A stretch of DNA of 64,000 nt, from positions 1,440,001 through 1,504,000 of the forward strand of contig OY968796.1 in NCBI GenBank assembly GCA_963695545.1. Direction: 5' to 3'. The notes under the pieces were generated by a model, which had not been told where the DNA came from, ran no database searches, and saw nothing but the letters and a program-made list of their open reading frames with translations. Below are positions 22,556 to 32,608 of the stretch, one piece after another (within the stretch, counting starts at the first letter, position 1; each line of letters opens with the position of its first letter). The position numbers were made by a program, and so were the translations under genes. This DNA comes from Terriglobia bacterium. GTDB taxonomy: Bacteria; Acidobacteriota; Terriglobia; Acidiferrales; UBA7541.

Positions 22556-23203
22556 TCAACTCTTCGGCAAATTCTCTGGGTTGCGGACGATGATCAGGAG
22601 GCGCTCGATCTCGTCCCGATACGGAGCGAGAAAACTTCGGTTGGCGGCGCCGGCTTCCGCGATGCGCCGCTCAAGCGGAGTGCGCGGCGGAGCGGAAGCC
22701 TCGCTCGATTTTTTCTCGCCGGCCACAAGCTGTGGATCCGGCACCACGGCCTCGACGGCGAGGGCGATGCCGAGATACGTGTCGGGATCAATGTGCTGCT
22801 CTTCGGACACGATTTGATCCATCTGCGTGCCGATCTCTGATGCACGTTCCAGTGTTCGCGCGTCCGACGAACTCGGCACGTGTCCCGCGGCGGCAGCAGC
22901 GATTATTTCCCGCGCCTGGGCGAGGGTGGCTTTGTCGTCCGCAGTGGGATTTTGCACGCGGGCGGCGGCGGCGCGCATCACGTTCAGATACAACTCGACG
23001 TCGCTCGCGGTGAGTGGATCAAGTTTCTGTTCAGTGAGCGGCGGGATGCCTGTGGAAGTCGGTGTGGTCGGACCTGCAGTTTGCGCGATCGGTGGCGGAT
23101 GGTTTCGATTGCATCCGGCCACGGTGAACGTCGCGAGTAACGCCAGCGCAGCCATACGACTGAGCGCCACGCTCCGCGGCGAACTGAACCCACTCATCGA
23201 CAT
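22556..23203 (-). CDS. Hypothetical lipoprotein
   Basis: Hydrophobic stretch ending TVAGC (lipobox), Pro/Thr linker, helical body; no family recognised. Confidence 0.6.
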   Translation of the reverse strand: MSMSGFSSPRSVALSRMAALALLATFTVAGCNRNHPPPIAQTAGPTTPTSTGIPPLTEQKLDPLTASDVELYLNVMRAAAARVQNPTADDKATLAQAREIIAAAAAGHVPSSSDARTLERASEIGTQMDQIVSEEQHIDPDTYLGIALAVEAVVPDPQLVAGEKKSSEASAPPRTPLERRIAEAGAANRSFLAPYRDEIERLLIIVRNPENLPKS

Positions 23204-23302
23204 TTATTTTTCACGGCGCGCGAAAATCATAGGCGCGCGGCGGCGGATGCGTCAATCGAAACCGGGCACAACGTCGCGGCTGTGGAAAACATAAATTATT
23301 TA

Positions 23303-23358
23303 TTGACAGTCTCTCTCTCTAACCGCATAATTATGCATGTAGTTGCATAATCTTGGCA
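23303..23358 (+). promoter_or_regulatory. Sigma70 promoter overlapped by tandem ARG boxes
   Basis: TTGACA 23303-08, 17-bp spacer, CATAAT 23326-31; palindrome GCATAATTATGC 23325-36 and a second TGCATAATCTTGGCA starting 20 bp later, directly upstream of argR. Confidence 0.85.
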
Positions 23359-23385
23359 TGGGTGGTCACGGAGTCCACGTCGACA

Positions 23386-23841
23386 ATGGCTGCAAGGGTC
23401 CAGAAACGGTTTCGGCAAGGGCAGATACTGAAGCTCGTCTCGAATGCGCCGATTTCGAGCCAGCACGAATTGCGCCGTCGCCTCGCGCACGTGAAGGTGC
23501 GCGTCACACAGGCAACGCTATCGCGCGACATGGCCGAACTGAAGTTGGTGAAAACCACCTCCGGCTACAAACCTCTGACGGACCCAGGCAACGACGCTTC
23601 GCCGCTGCCGCCGCTCGAGCGCGCCCTGCGCGAATTTCTGCTCGATCTGCGCCCCTCGGATAATTTGCTGGTTTTGAAGACGCCGCCGTCCGGTGCACAG
23701 CCGCTAGCCGCCGCACTCGACGCCGCGCGAATGAAAGAAGTCGCCGGCACGATCGCCGGCGACGATACGGTGCTGGTGATCGCGGCATCGCGTCAGGCCC
23801 GCGCCACATTGCAGAAGCGCATGGAGGAGATGATCCGGTGA
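23386..23841 (+). CDS. argR: Arginine repressor
   Basis: VTQATLSRDMAEL, LKTPPSGAQ, GTIAGDDT. Confidence 0.95.
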   Translation: MAARVQKRFRQGQILKLVSNAPISSQHELRRRLAHVKVRVTQATLSRDMAELKLVKTTSGYKPLTDPGNDASPLPPLERALREFLLDLRPSDNLLVLKTPPSGAQPLAAALDAARMKEVAGTIAGDDTVLVIAASRQARATLQKRMEEMIR

Positions 23842-24875
23842 CGGAACCCACACGGGTCGCCGTCGTCGGAGCTACGGGCTACGCAGGTTTCGAATTGGCC
23901 CGGCTTCTTCTGCGGCACCCACAAATCCCGACGCCCACGTTTTACCTCCGCGAGAGTTCCGCGCCGGGGGTGCGCTGCATTTCCGAATTGTATCCGCAAC
24001 TGCGCGGCGTGGCCGAGGCGCCCTGCCGCACGCTTTCGGTGGACGCCATCGCCGCAAGCGGAGCGACGGTCGCGTTTCTTTCCACACCGCATGAGGCTTC
24101 GGTCGAGCTCGCGCCTGCGCTGCTCGACGCCGGCTTGCGCGTCGTGGATCTTTCGGGAGCGTTCCGCTTCCGCGAGCCCGAGAAATTTGCGCAGTGGTAC
24201 AAATTGCCGGAGCCTCCGCGCCGCTGGACCGAGCAAGCCGTCTACGGCTTGCCCGAGCTCTATGCCGATAAATTGCCGAAGGCGCAGCTCGTGGCCAATC
24301 CTGGTTGCTATCCGACGTCGGTGATCCTGGGATTGAAGCCGCTCGTCGAATCCGGATGGATCGCGCAAGGCCGCGGCGTGGTTTGCGATTGCAAATCCGG
24401 CGCGACGGGCGCGGGTAAAGAACCGAAGCGCGAACTGCAGTTCGCCGAAGTGGACGAGAATTTCCGCGCCTATGGCTTGTTCTCACATCGCCACACGCCG
24501 GAAGTGACGGACCACACGGGCCTCGATCCGCAGGAAATTATTTTTTCGACGCACCTGCTGCCACTCGTGCGCGGAATTCTCTCGACGCTCTACGTGTGGC
24601 TCGACAAGCCGAAGAGCGGCGAAGAAATCGAAGGCTTATACCGCAAGTTCTACGCGGGCCGGCCGATGGTTCGGATCTGGCCGGCGGGGCGCCTGCCGGA
24701 GTTGCAGCACGTGGCGCACACGAATTTCTGCGATATCGGTTTCGCGCTCGATCCTTCGGGCGAACGGCTGGCCGTGGTTTCGTGCCTGGATAATTTGGGC
24801 AAGGGCGCGGCGGGCCAGGCCGTGCAGAACATGAACGGAATGCTGGGAATTGAGGAGGCAATGGGACTCCGATGA
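23838..24875 (+). CDS. argC: N-acetyl-gamma-glutamyl-phosphate reductase
   Basis: GATGYAG, DLSGAFR, ANPGCYPT, DNLGKGAAGQAVQNMN. Confidence 0.96.
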   Translation: MTEPTRVAVVGATGYAGFELARLLLRHPQIPTPTFYLRESSAPGVRCISELYPQLRGVAEAPCRTLSVDAIAASGATVAFLSTPHEASVELAPALLDAGLRVVDLSGAFRFREPEKFAQWYKLPEPPRRWTEQAVYGLPELYADKLPKAQLVANPGCYPTSVILGLKPLVESGWIAQGRGVVCDCKSGATGAGKEPKRELQFAEVDENFRAYGLFSHRHTPEVTDHTGLDPQEIIFSTHLLPLVRGILSTLYVWLDKPKSGEEIEGLYRKFYAGRPMVRIWPAGRLPELQHVAHTNFCDIGFALDPSGERLAVVSCLDNLGKGAAGQAVQNMNGMLGIEEAMGLR

Positions 24876-25690
24876 GAATGGTCGTCAAATTCGCCGGCGC
24901 TCTTCTGGATGATCCAAAGACCGTCGAGTCGTTGGCTCGCCAAGTGGCGCAGCTATCGCAGCAAGGGCACGAGCTGCTCGTGATCCATGGCGGCGGAAAG
25001 ATTTTCACCGCGACGCTCAAGCGCATGGGCATGGAGAGCAATTTCATCAACGGACTCCGCGTGACGGATCGCGAAACGCGCGACGCCGCGGTCATGGTAT
25101 TCGCCGGTCTGCTGAATAAGCGCCTCTCGGGCGCGATCTCGGCGGCGGGTCAGCCGGCGGTTGGAATCTGCGCGTCCGATTCCGCATGCTTCCTGGCTGA
25201 GCCGATGGTTCACAACGAAGTCTCGGGCGGACTGGGCTACGTCGGTTACCTAACCGGCGTGAACCTGGAATTTTTGGAATCGCTGTGGAAGTCCGGCCTT
25301 GTGCCGGTCGCGCCGCCGCTCGGCCTTGGCGTTGACGGCGAACTTTATAACATCAACGCCGATCACATGGCCGCAGCCTGCGCCGAATTTATTCACGCCG
25401 ACCGGCTGATCTATCTCACTGACGTCGCGGGCGTGCTCGATGGTCCGAAAGTGGTCAAGGTGCTTTCCTGCGAAGAAGCCGAGGATTTGATACGCCATCA
25501 AAAGGTTTCCGGCGGAATGATCCTGAAACTCGAAGCCTGCAAGCGCGCGCTTTCCGGCGGCGTGGGCCAGGTGCGCATCGTCGGCGGGACACATCAGCGC
25601 GGCCTGCTTTCCGCGGCCAATGGCGAAAAGGGTCCGGGCACGCGCGTGCTGCCCACATTTCCGGCGACCGCGGCAGCGGTGATGCGGTGA
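24872..25690 (+). CDS. argB: Acetylglutamate kinase
   Basis: VVKFAG, IHGGG, GLRVTD, NINAD, LTDVAGV, GGMILK. Confidence 0.94.
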   Translation: MRMVVKFAGALLDDPKTVESLARQVAQLSQQGHELLVIHGGGKIFTATLKRMGMESNFINGLRVTDRETRDAAVMVFAGLLNKRLSGAISAAGQPAVGICASDSACFLAEPMVHNEVSGGLGYVGYLTGVNLEFLESLWKSGLVPVAPPLGLGVDGELYNINADHMAAACAEFIHADRLIYLTDVAGVLDGPKVVKVLSCEEAEDLIRHQKVSGGMILKLEACKRALSGGVGQVRIVGGTHQRGLLSAANGEKGPGTRVLPTFPATAAAVMR

Positions 25691-27006
25691 AAGCGAAGTC
25701 GAAACACGCGCGGCGGAAACCATCGCCTGCGGCCAGGCCTGCAACCGGAAAAATGGCGCAGGCTCTGCGCGACGAAGCCCGCCACCTGATGAATACCTAC
25801 AAGCGCCCTGCGCAGGTCTTCGTGCGCGGGCGTGGCTGCTATGTCTACGATCAAAAGGGCCGCGCGTATCTCGATTTTCTCGGCGGCATCGCGGTCAATG
25901 CGCTGGGCTACGCGCATCCGCGCATCGTTCGCGTGATTCGGCGGGAATCGGCGCGCGCGATTCACGTCTCAAATCTGTTTCACAACCCGTATCAGGGTCC
26001 GCTGGCGCGCAAGCTCGCGGAATGGTCCGGTATGGACCGCGCGTTTTTCACCAACAGCGGCACCGAAGCGGTTGAAGGCGCGCTGAAACTGGCGCGTCTT
26101 GCGGCGCATGCGAAATCCGGCGGCAAGAAAACGCGATTCCTGGCGCTTGAAAATTCCTTCCACGGACGCACGTTCGGCGCGCTTTCGATCACTTACGGCG
26201 CAAAGTATCGCGATCCGTTCGCTCCGCTGGTGCCCGGCGCGGAATTCGTGCGTTTCAACGACGTCGCCGATCTTGAATCGAAATTCGACGACTCCGTCTG
26301 CGCCATCGTCATCGAGCCGATTCAGGGTGAGGGCGGAATTTATCCGATCAGTCCCGCCTTCTGGCAGAAATCGCGCCAATTGGCCACGCGTTACGGCGCC
26401 GCACTGATCGCCGACGAAATTCAGTGCGGCTTGGGCCGCACCGGTCGCCATTTCGCTTACCAGCGCTTGCCGGGATTGCCGGACATCGTTGTGGTGGCGA
26501 AATCCCTTGGCGGCGGTTTGCCGCTCGGATCGTTTTTGGCGCGCGAAGAATTCGCGTCCGCGTTTTCGCCGGGTCTGCATGGCTCGACCTTCGGCGGCGG
26601 GCCGCTGATCTGCGCCGTTGGCCTTGAATTCCTGGCCACGGTTGAAGAAGAAGATTTGCTCGAGAACGTCCGAGCACGCGGCGCGCAGCTTCGCAAGGGC
26701 TTCGCGCAATTGGCGGCCAAATTTGATTTCATTCGCGAGTTTCGCGGCGAAGGATTGATCCTCGGCCTGGACCTGCGAGTGGAAGGCGGTCCTTACGTCG
26801 CGGAAGCCATGCGCCGAGGCTTGCTCATCAATTGCACGCACGATCACGTGCTTCGCTTTCTCCCGCCGTTCATCCTCACGGCGCGGCAAGCGGAGCAGGG
26901 ATTGGCTGTGCTCGAATCCGTGCTTGCCGAGACCGCGCGTCCGCAGGAAGTCGCGACGCCAACCGGCGGCGAAGCCGCTGCGCTCGAAATGGCGGCCGCC
27001 AGGTGA
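25687..27006 (+). CDS. argD: Acetylornithine aminotransferase
   Basis: LDFLGGIAVNALG, NSGTEA, SFHGRT, EPIQGEGG, DEIQCGLGRTG, AKSLGGG. Confidence 0.93.
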   Translation: MKAKSKHARRKPSPAARPATGKMAQALRDEARHLMNTYKRPAQVFVRGRGCYVYDQKGRAYLDFLGGIAVNALGYAHPRIVRVIRRESARAIHVSNLFHNPYQGPLARKLAEWSGMDRAFFTNSGTEAVEGALKLARLAAHAKSGGKKTRFLALENSFHGRTFGALSITYGAKYRDPFAPLVPGAEFVRFNDVADLESKFDDSVCAIVIEPIQGEGGIYPISPAFWQKSRQLATRYGAALIADEIQCGLGRTGRHFAYQRLPGLPDIVVVAKSLGGGLPLGSFLAREEFASAFSPGLHGSTFGGGPLICAVGLEFLATVEEEDLLENVRARGAQLRKGFAQLAAKFDFIREFRGEGLILGLDLRVEGGPYVAEAMRRGLLINCTHDHVLRFLPPFILTARQAEQGLAVLESVLAETARPQEVATPTGGEAAALEMAAAR

Positions 27007-27013
27007 TCGCGCG

Positions 27014-27955
27014 ATGAACGCACTCGCTCCCACAGTCGAAGCGGCCAACGATCTGCTCACCGGCACCGAATGGGGCCCCGCGCAGGTGCGCGAGTTGCTT
27101 CAGCTCGCTGCTGACGTCAAGGCGCAGCCGGAACGCTATCGCGGCGCTTTGGGTGGCCGGTTTCTGGCGATGATCTTCGAGAAGCCTTCGCTGCGCACGC
27201 GCGTGACGTTTGAAGTCGGCATCCAAAGCCTGGGCGGCTCGGCTATTTTCTTGGATCACTCGAATGCGCGCCTTGGCGCGCGCGAATCGATCCCCGACGT
27301 GGCGCGCAATTTATCTCGCTGGGTCCAGGGAATCGTCGCGCGAGTCTTCGAGCAAAAAACGCTCGAAGTTCTCGCCGAGTACGCTTCGATCCCGGTCGTC
27401 AACGCGCTTTCCGACCGCTTCCATCCATGCCAGGCGCTTTCGGATTTCTTCACGCTCGAAGAGCGCTTTGGCGCCCTGCGCGGCTTGAAGCTCGCGTTCA
27501 TCGGCGACGGCAACAACATGTGCCATTCGCTGCTGCTCGCAGGGGCGCGCGTCGGCGCGCATCTGCGCGTGGCCTCGCCTGCGGGCTACGCGCCCGATCC
27601 GCAGATCGTCGCCGAAGCGCGGCGCACGGCCAAAGAAACGCGCGGCAAAATCGAATTGTTCCGCTCGCCGCAAGAAGCTGTTGCGGGCGCGCAAGCGGTC
27701 TACACCGACGTCTGGACCAGCATGGGCCAGGAATCCGAAACCGACGAGCGGGCCGCGAAATTCGCGCCCTATCAAGTGAACGATGAATTGATGTCGCTCG
27801 CCGCGCCGGACGCCGTGTTCCTGCATTGCTTGCCGGCGCATCGCGGCGCGGAAGTCACCGACGCCGTAATGGATGGGCCGCGCTCGATTGTCTTCGATCA
27901 AGCGGAAAACCGCCTGCATGTGCAGAAAGCCATCCTCTTGAAGCTTCTGGGTTGA
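27014..27955 (+). CDS. argF: Ornithine carbamoyltransferase
   Basis: [40 protein letters not shown]. Start at ATG 27014. Confidence 0.95.
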   Translation: MNALAPTVEAANDLLTGTEWGPAQVRELLQLAADVKAQPERYRGALGGRFLAMIFEKPSLRTRVTFEVGIQSLGGSAIFLDHSNARLGARESIPDVARNLSRWVQGIVARVFEQKTLEVLAEYASIPVVNALSDRFHPCQALSDFFTLEERFGALRGLKLAFIGDGNNMCHSLLLAGARVGAHLRVASPAGYAPDPQIVAEARRTAKETRGKIELFRSPQEAVAGAQAVYTDVWTSMGQESETDERAAKFAPYQVNDELMSLAAPDAVFLHCLPAHRGAEVTDAVMDGPRSIVFDQAENRLHVQKAILLKLLG

Positions 27956-27968
27956 AAGGAATTCCCCC

Positions 27969-29162
27969 GTGCCAAAGAAAGCGGTGCTCGCCTATTCAGG
28001 CGGGCTCGACACTTCGATCATTATCCCGTGGCTGAAGGAGACGTACGGCTGCGAAGTCATCGCCATGATTGGCGACGTCGGCCAGCAGGAAGATCTCGAA
28101 GCGGCCCGAAAAAAAGCGCTGGCGACCGGCGCGTCGAAAGCCACCATCGAAGATCTGCGCGAGGAGTTCATCACCGAATATATTTGGCCGACGCTTCGCG
28201 CCGGCGCCGTTTACGAACACAAATATTTGCTCGGCACTTCTTTCGCGCGACCCGTGATCGCCAAGCGCCAAGTGGAAGTGGCACTTGCTGAGGGCGCCGA
28301 TGCCGTGGCCCACGGCTGCACGGGCAAGGGCAACGATCAGGTGCGTTTTGAATTGACGTACAAGGCGCTCGGACCAAAATTGCAGATCCTCGCGCCTTGG
28401 CGCGAATGGAAAATCGCTTCGCGGGAGGACGCCATCGCTTACGCCAGCGCGCACGGCGTGCCCGTCGAGCAATCCAAGGCCAATATTTACAGCCGCGATC
28501 GCAATATCTGGCACTTGTCGCACGAAGGCGGCGTTCTTGAAGATCCCGCGAACGCCCCGGACGAAGCCATGTGGCAATGGATCGCTCCGCCGGAAAAAGC
28601 GCCCGCCACTGCGGCCGAAATTGAAATCGGATTCGAGGCCGGCACGCCGGTTTCCGTGAACGGAAAGCGTTTGGCGCCGCTTGCGCTGCTCACCGAGCTC
28701 AATCGCGTTGCCGCCGAACACGGAATTGGCCGCATCGATCTCGTTGAGAATCGTTTGGTCGGCATGAAATCGCGCGGCGCTTATGAAACGCCCGGAGGCA
28801 CGCTTCTTGTTGCCGCGCATCGCGAACTCGAGGCGCTGTGTCTCGATCGCGAGACCGCGCATTATTCCCAGATGCTTTCGTTGCGCTACGCCGACATGGT
28901 TTATTACGGCCTGTGGTTCACCGCGCTGCGCGAGGCCATGGATTCCTTCTTCTCGAAGGCGCAGGAGCGCGTCACCGGCGCCGTCGGCCTCAAGCTCCAC
29001 AAAGGCAATCTCACGATCACGCGCCGCACCTCGCCCTATTCGCTTTATCAAACCGATTTGGCCAGCTTCAGCATGGACCACTACAACCCGAAGGACGCCG
29101 AAGGCTTCATCAATCTTTTCGCGCTGCCGGTCACACTCGCTGCGCGGAAGGAGATTCCGTGA
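27969..29162 (+). CDS. argG: Argininosuccinate synthase
   Basis: [32 protein letters not shown]. Confidence 0.97.
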   Translation: MPKKAVLAYSGGLDTSIIIPWLKETYGCEVIAMIGDVGQQEDLEAARKKALATGASKATIEDLREEFITEYIWPTLRAGAVYEHKYLLGTSFARPVIAKRQVEVALAEGADAVAHGCTGKGNDQVRFELTYKALGPKLQILAPWREWKIASREDAIAYASAHGVPVEQSKANIYSRDRNIWHLSHEGGVLEDPANAPDEAMWQWIAPPEKAPATAAEIEIGFEAGTPVSVNGKRLAPLALLTELNRVAAEHGIGRIDLVENRLVGMKSRGAYETPGGTLLVAAHRELEALCLDRETAHYSQMLSLRYADMVYYGLWFTALREAMDSFFSKAQERVTGAVGLKLHKGNLTITRRTSPYSLYQTDLASFSMDHYNPKDAEGFINLFALPVTLAARKEIP

Positions 29163-30580
29163 GCGCCGGCGACGACTCCGGTTCCGGTAATAAGTTGTGG
29201 GGCGGCCGGTTTGAACGCCCGCCGGATAAAGTCTTCTACGAGTTTCAGCGCTCATTTTCCTTCGATCGCCGGCTTTTGCCGTACGAACTCGCCGTGGATC
29301 GTGCCTGGGCGCGCGCGCTCGAAGCCGTGGGCGTGCTGACTCGCGACGACGTGCACCGCACGATCCAGGCTCTTGAAGCCATCGGCACTCGCGCGGCAAG
29401 CGAACCCTCGTGGCTTGATGCTTCGCCCGCCGAGGACGTGCATTCCTTCGTCGAGCAGGCGCTCGTCGAGCGCGTGGGCGCGCTCGGCTACAAATTGCAC
29501 ACCGGCCGCAGCCGCAACGAACTCGTGGTCACGGATTTTCGTCTCTTTGTCCGCGACGCTTGCCGGCACACTCTCGCGCGGCTGGCAGGACTGATCCGCG
29601 CGCTCGTCGAGCAGGCCTCGCGAAATCTCGATGTGCCCATGCCGGGCATGACGCACCTGCAACACGCGCAGCCGATTCTGCTTTCCCATTTTTTGCTCGC
29701 GCACGCGGAGGCTTTTTTCCGCGACGCCGACCGCGTGAAAGCCGCGCGCGCCTCGGCTGACGCTTGCCCGATGGGCTCGGGCGCGCTGGCCGGCTGCGCT
29801 CTGGCCATCAACCGCGAGGCGCTGGCGCAGGAATTGGGTTTTTCGCGTCCCACGGCGAACAGCCTGGACGCCGCAAGCGATCGCGATTTCGCGCTCGATT
29901 ATCTCTATGCGCTGGCCGTCACGGCCACGCACATTTCGCGCCTCGCCGAAGATTTCGTGCTCTTCGCCTCGCAAGAGTTCGGTTTTCTCCTGCTGTCCGA
30001 CGAATTTTCGACCGGCAGCAGCCTGATGCCGCAAAAGAAAAACCCGGACGCTTGGGAATTGCTGCGCGGCAAGACTGGTCGCATTCAAGCGGCGCTCTCG
30101 AGCCTGCTCGTCACGCTAAAGGGATTGCCATCGAGCTACCAGCGCGATTTGCAGGAAGATAAAGAACCACTGTTCGCGGCCCACGATCAGACTGTCGCCA
30201 TTCTTGAAATCGCCGCTGGCGCGACAGCCGCTTCGCGTTTTCACGAAGCGCGATTGCGTCAAGCCGCCGCCGATCCTGCTCTGGTTTCAACCGAAGCCGC
30301 CGACTATTTGGTTCGCCGGGGCGTGCCGTTTCGCCAGGCGCACGAAATCGTCGGAAAAATCGTGCGCGAAGCCGAACGCGCCGGCGGTTCCTGGGCCGCA
30401 CTTCCGTTCGAACAACTCAAGAAATTTTCGCCGTTATTCGAGGCCGATCTGTACGCTGCGCTCACGCCCGAGGCGGCCCTCGCTGCCCGCGCGGTTCACG
30501 GTGGAACTTCTCCCGAACGAGTGCGCGAGGCTGTGGCCGCGGCCAAAAAACGTCTCGACGCATTTGAGGCTTCGGCGTGA
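29159..30580 (+). CDS. argH: Argininosuccinate lyase
   Basis: [41 protein letters not shown] overlap with argG. Confidence 0.96.
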   Translation: MSAGDDSGSGNKLWGGRFERPPDKVFYEFQRSFSFDRRLLPYELAVDRAWARALEAVGVLTRDDVHRTIQALEAIGTRAASEPSWLDASPAEDVHSFVEQALVERVGALGYKLHTGRSRNELVVTDFRLFVRDACRHTLARLAGLIRALVEQASRNLDVPMPGMTHLQHAQPILLSHFLLAHAEAFFRDADRVKAARASADACPMGSGALAGCALAINREALAQELGFSRPTANSLDAASDRDFALDYLYALAVTATHISRLAEDFVLFASQEFGFLLLSDEFSTGSSLMPQKKNPDAWELLRGKTGRIQAALSSLLVTLKGLPSSYQRDLQEDKEPLFAAHDQTVAILEIAAGATAASRFHEARLRQAAADPALVSTEAADYLVRRGVPFRQAHEIVGKIVREAERAGGSWAALPFEQLKKFSPLFEADLYAALTPEAALAARAVHGGTSPERVREAVAAAKKRLDAFEASA

Positions 30581-31812
30581 GCGTGAAATTGACCGCACGC
30601 ATTTTGCCGCGCGGTTTCCGCTTCGCGGGTATGCACTGCGGCATCAAGAAAAGCGATCGCCTCGATCTCGGCTGGATCGTGGCTGACGCGCCTTGCACTG
30701 CTGCCGGCGTTTTCACCACCAATCGCATCAAGGCCGCGCCCGTCGTGCTGTCGCAAGCGCACGTGCGCCGCGCCGCATCACGCATGCGCGCCGTGGTCGT
30801 GAATTCGGGAAACGCGAATTGCGCCACCGGACCCGACGGCATGGAAGCTTCGCGCGCGACCGCCGTCGCCGCAGCGCGCTTGCTCGGATGCCGGCCCGAA
30901 CAAGTGCTCATCTGTTCGACCGGAGTGATCGGCGTGCCGCTGCCGGTGGACCGCATCGTCGGCGCGCTGCCGCGTTTGCTGCCGCAACTGGCGCGCGATG
31001 CGGCTTCCTACGAAGCGCTTGCGAAATCCATCTTGACCACGGACACGCGCCTCAAATGCGCCGCCGCGAGTTTCCGCATCGGCGGACGCACCGTGCGCGT
31101 GCTCGGCTGCGCCAAAGGCTCGGGCATGATTCATCCGCAGATGGCCACCATGCTCGCGTTTGTGATCACGGACGCGGCCGTTCCAGCGGGCATCTTGCAG
31201 CGCGCGCTGCGGGAGGTTACTGCGCGCACGTTCAATGTGATAACGGTCGACGGCGATACCTCGACCAACGACACAGTTCTGGTATTCGCAAGCGGGGCTT
31301 CGGGGGCGCCCGTCGTTCGCGCGGCGAAAGGAAGCAATTATCGAAATTTTGTCGCGGCGCTTGAAACTGTTTGCCGCGAACTCGCTCTCGCCATCGTCGC
31401 CGATGGCGAAGGCGCGAGCCACCTTGTCAAAATCGAAGTCCGCGGCGCGGCTTCCGATCGCGACGCGTATCTCGTCGCCACGACCATCGCGCATTCGCCG
31501 CTCGTCAAAACCGCCGTGGCGGGCTCCGATCCCAATTGGGGCCGTATCCTGGCCGCCGCGGGACGTTCGGGCGCGAAGCTCGATCCCGATCGCGTCGAAA
31601 TCTGGTTCGGCGGAGTCCGAATGTACGGCCAGCCACGCGGCGGAGGCGCGTCGCGCCCGCTGCCGTTTGATGAAGCAGACGCTCACCAGCGCCTGCTGGC
31701 TAATCAGGTCGACATAGGCGTCGATCTGAAGAAGGGCCGCGGCCGAGCCTGCGCCTGGACCTGCGACTTCACCACCCGATACATCGAGATCAACGCAAGC
31801 TACCGCACCTGA
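30577..31812 (+). CDS. argJ: Bifunctional ornithine acetyltransferase / N-acetylglutamate synthase
   Basis: NSGNANCATG, STGVIG, KGSGMIHPQMATML, DGDTSTND, DGEGA, INASYRT. Confidence 0.96.
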   Translation: MSVKLTARILPRGFRFAGMHCGIKKSDRLDLGWIVADAPCTAAGVFTTNRIKAAPVVLSQAHVRRAASRMRAVVVNSGNANCATGPDGMEASRATAVAAARLLGCRPEQVLICSTGVIGVPLPVDRIVGALPRLLPQLARDAASYEALAKSILTTDTRLKCAAASFRIGGRTVRVLGCAKGSGMIHPQMATMLAFVITDAAVPAGILQRALREVTARTFNVITVDGDTSTNDTVLVFASGASGAPVVRAAKGSNYRNFVAALETVCRELALAIVADGEGASHLVKIEVRGAASDRDAYLVATTIAHSPLVKTAVAGSDPNWGRILAAAGRSGAKLDPDRVEIWFGGVRMYGQPRGGGASRPLPFDEADAHQRLLANQVDIGVDLKKGRGRACAWTCDFTTRYIEINASYRT

Positions 31813-32065
31813 ACTCGTCGCCCCAGCACGTACTTATCGCGGCAATACCAGATCAGCTACGGCCCCGCCCCGCTAAGTCCTTAGGTTCTGCATACTTTCC
31901 GTTGAAGTAATATTCTTTGGTTGACGCGATTCCCATTTAGGGAGAAGATGCCCGCCATCGCTGAGGCGGCGAGGGTTCCCGCGGAGCAACAAGTCTTCAT
32001 ACCAGTGCGGCCTGGCTCTTCGGCGCATTCCAGGCACCTTCTTGGCAAATGGGGGGAACGTTCTA

Positions 32066-32473
32066 GTGAAGAAACTCTATATCGGGAATCTTCCGTTTCA
32101 GGCCACTGAAGAAGAAATCACTGAATGGTTCACGCAAACCGGAGTAACTCCTTCCAGCGTCATGCTGATCCGCGACCGCTTCACGGGCCAACCTCGTGGC
32201 TTCGGCTTCGTAGAAATTCAAAACGATGAAGAGGCCCTGCGCGCCGTCCAGGCGCTGAACGGGCAGCAGCTCAAGGGAAGAAGCATCGTGGTTAACGAAG
32301 CGCGTCCGCCGCGAGATGGCGGTGGAGGCGGCGGGCGCCCCGGGGGCGGCGGTGGTGGGCGCGGCGGATTTGGCGGAGGCGGAGGTGGTGGCCGCGGTGG
32401 CGGAGGCGGCGGGCGCGGCGGCGGTGGTGGCCGAGGCGGCGGGGGCGACCGAGGCGGCGGGCGCGACTGGTAA
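32066..32473 (+). CDS. RRM RNA-binding protein with Gly/Arg-rich tail
   Basis: KLYIGNLPF (RNP2), RGFGFVE (RNP1), VVNEARP, RGG/GGG tail; GTG 32066 follows a G-rich RBS. Confidence 0.92.
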   Translation: MKKLYIGNLPFQATEEEITEWFTQTGVTPSSVMLIRDRFTGQPRGFGFVEIQNDEEALRAVQALNGQQLKGRSIVVNEARPPRDGGGGGGRPGGGGGGRGGFGGGGGGGRGGGGGGRGGGGGRGGGGDRGGGRDW

Positions 32474-32500
32474 GAATAGTCTTCTCATCGGATCGGCGCC

Positions 32501-32608
32501 GACCTGCTCGGGGCGCATTGCTTCAATCAGCTGCGTGTAACGCACTGCTTTAATCAACCACGCGGAGCGCACGCCTTCAACCAACCGCGCGGAGCACATT
32601 GCTCTAAT
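32501..32608 (-). repeat. Four degenerate 27-bp tandem repeats (same family as 43135-43215)
   Basis: + strand units gacctgctcggggcgcattgcttcaat / cagctgcgtgtaacgcactgctttaat / caaccacgcggagcgcacgccttcaac / caaccgcgcggagcacattgctctaat. Confidence 0.8.

Noticed and set aside
32317..32465. GGC-rich low-complexity tract
   Set aside because: It is explained by the Gly/Arg-rich tail typical of bacterial RRM proteins.
32501..32608. 27-bp arrays as mini-CRISPR
   Set aside because: Units are head-to-tail with no unique spacers of CRISPR length, and there are no cas genes.
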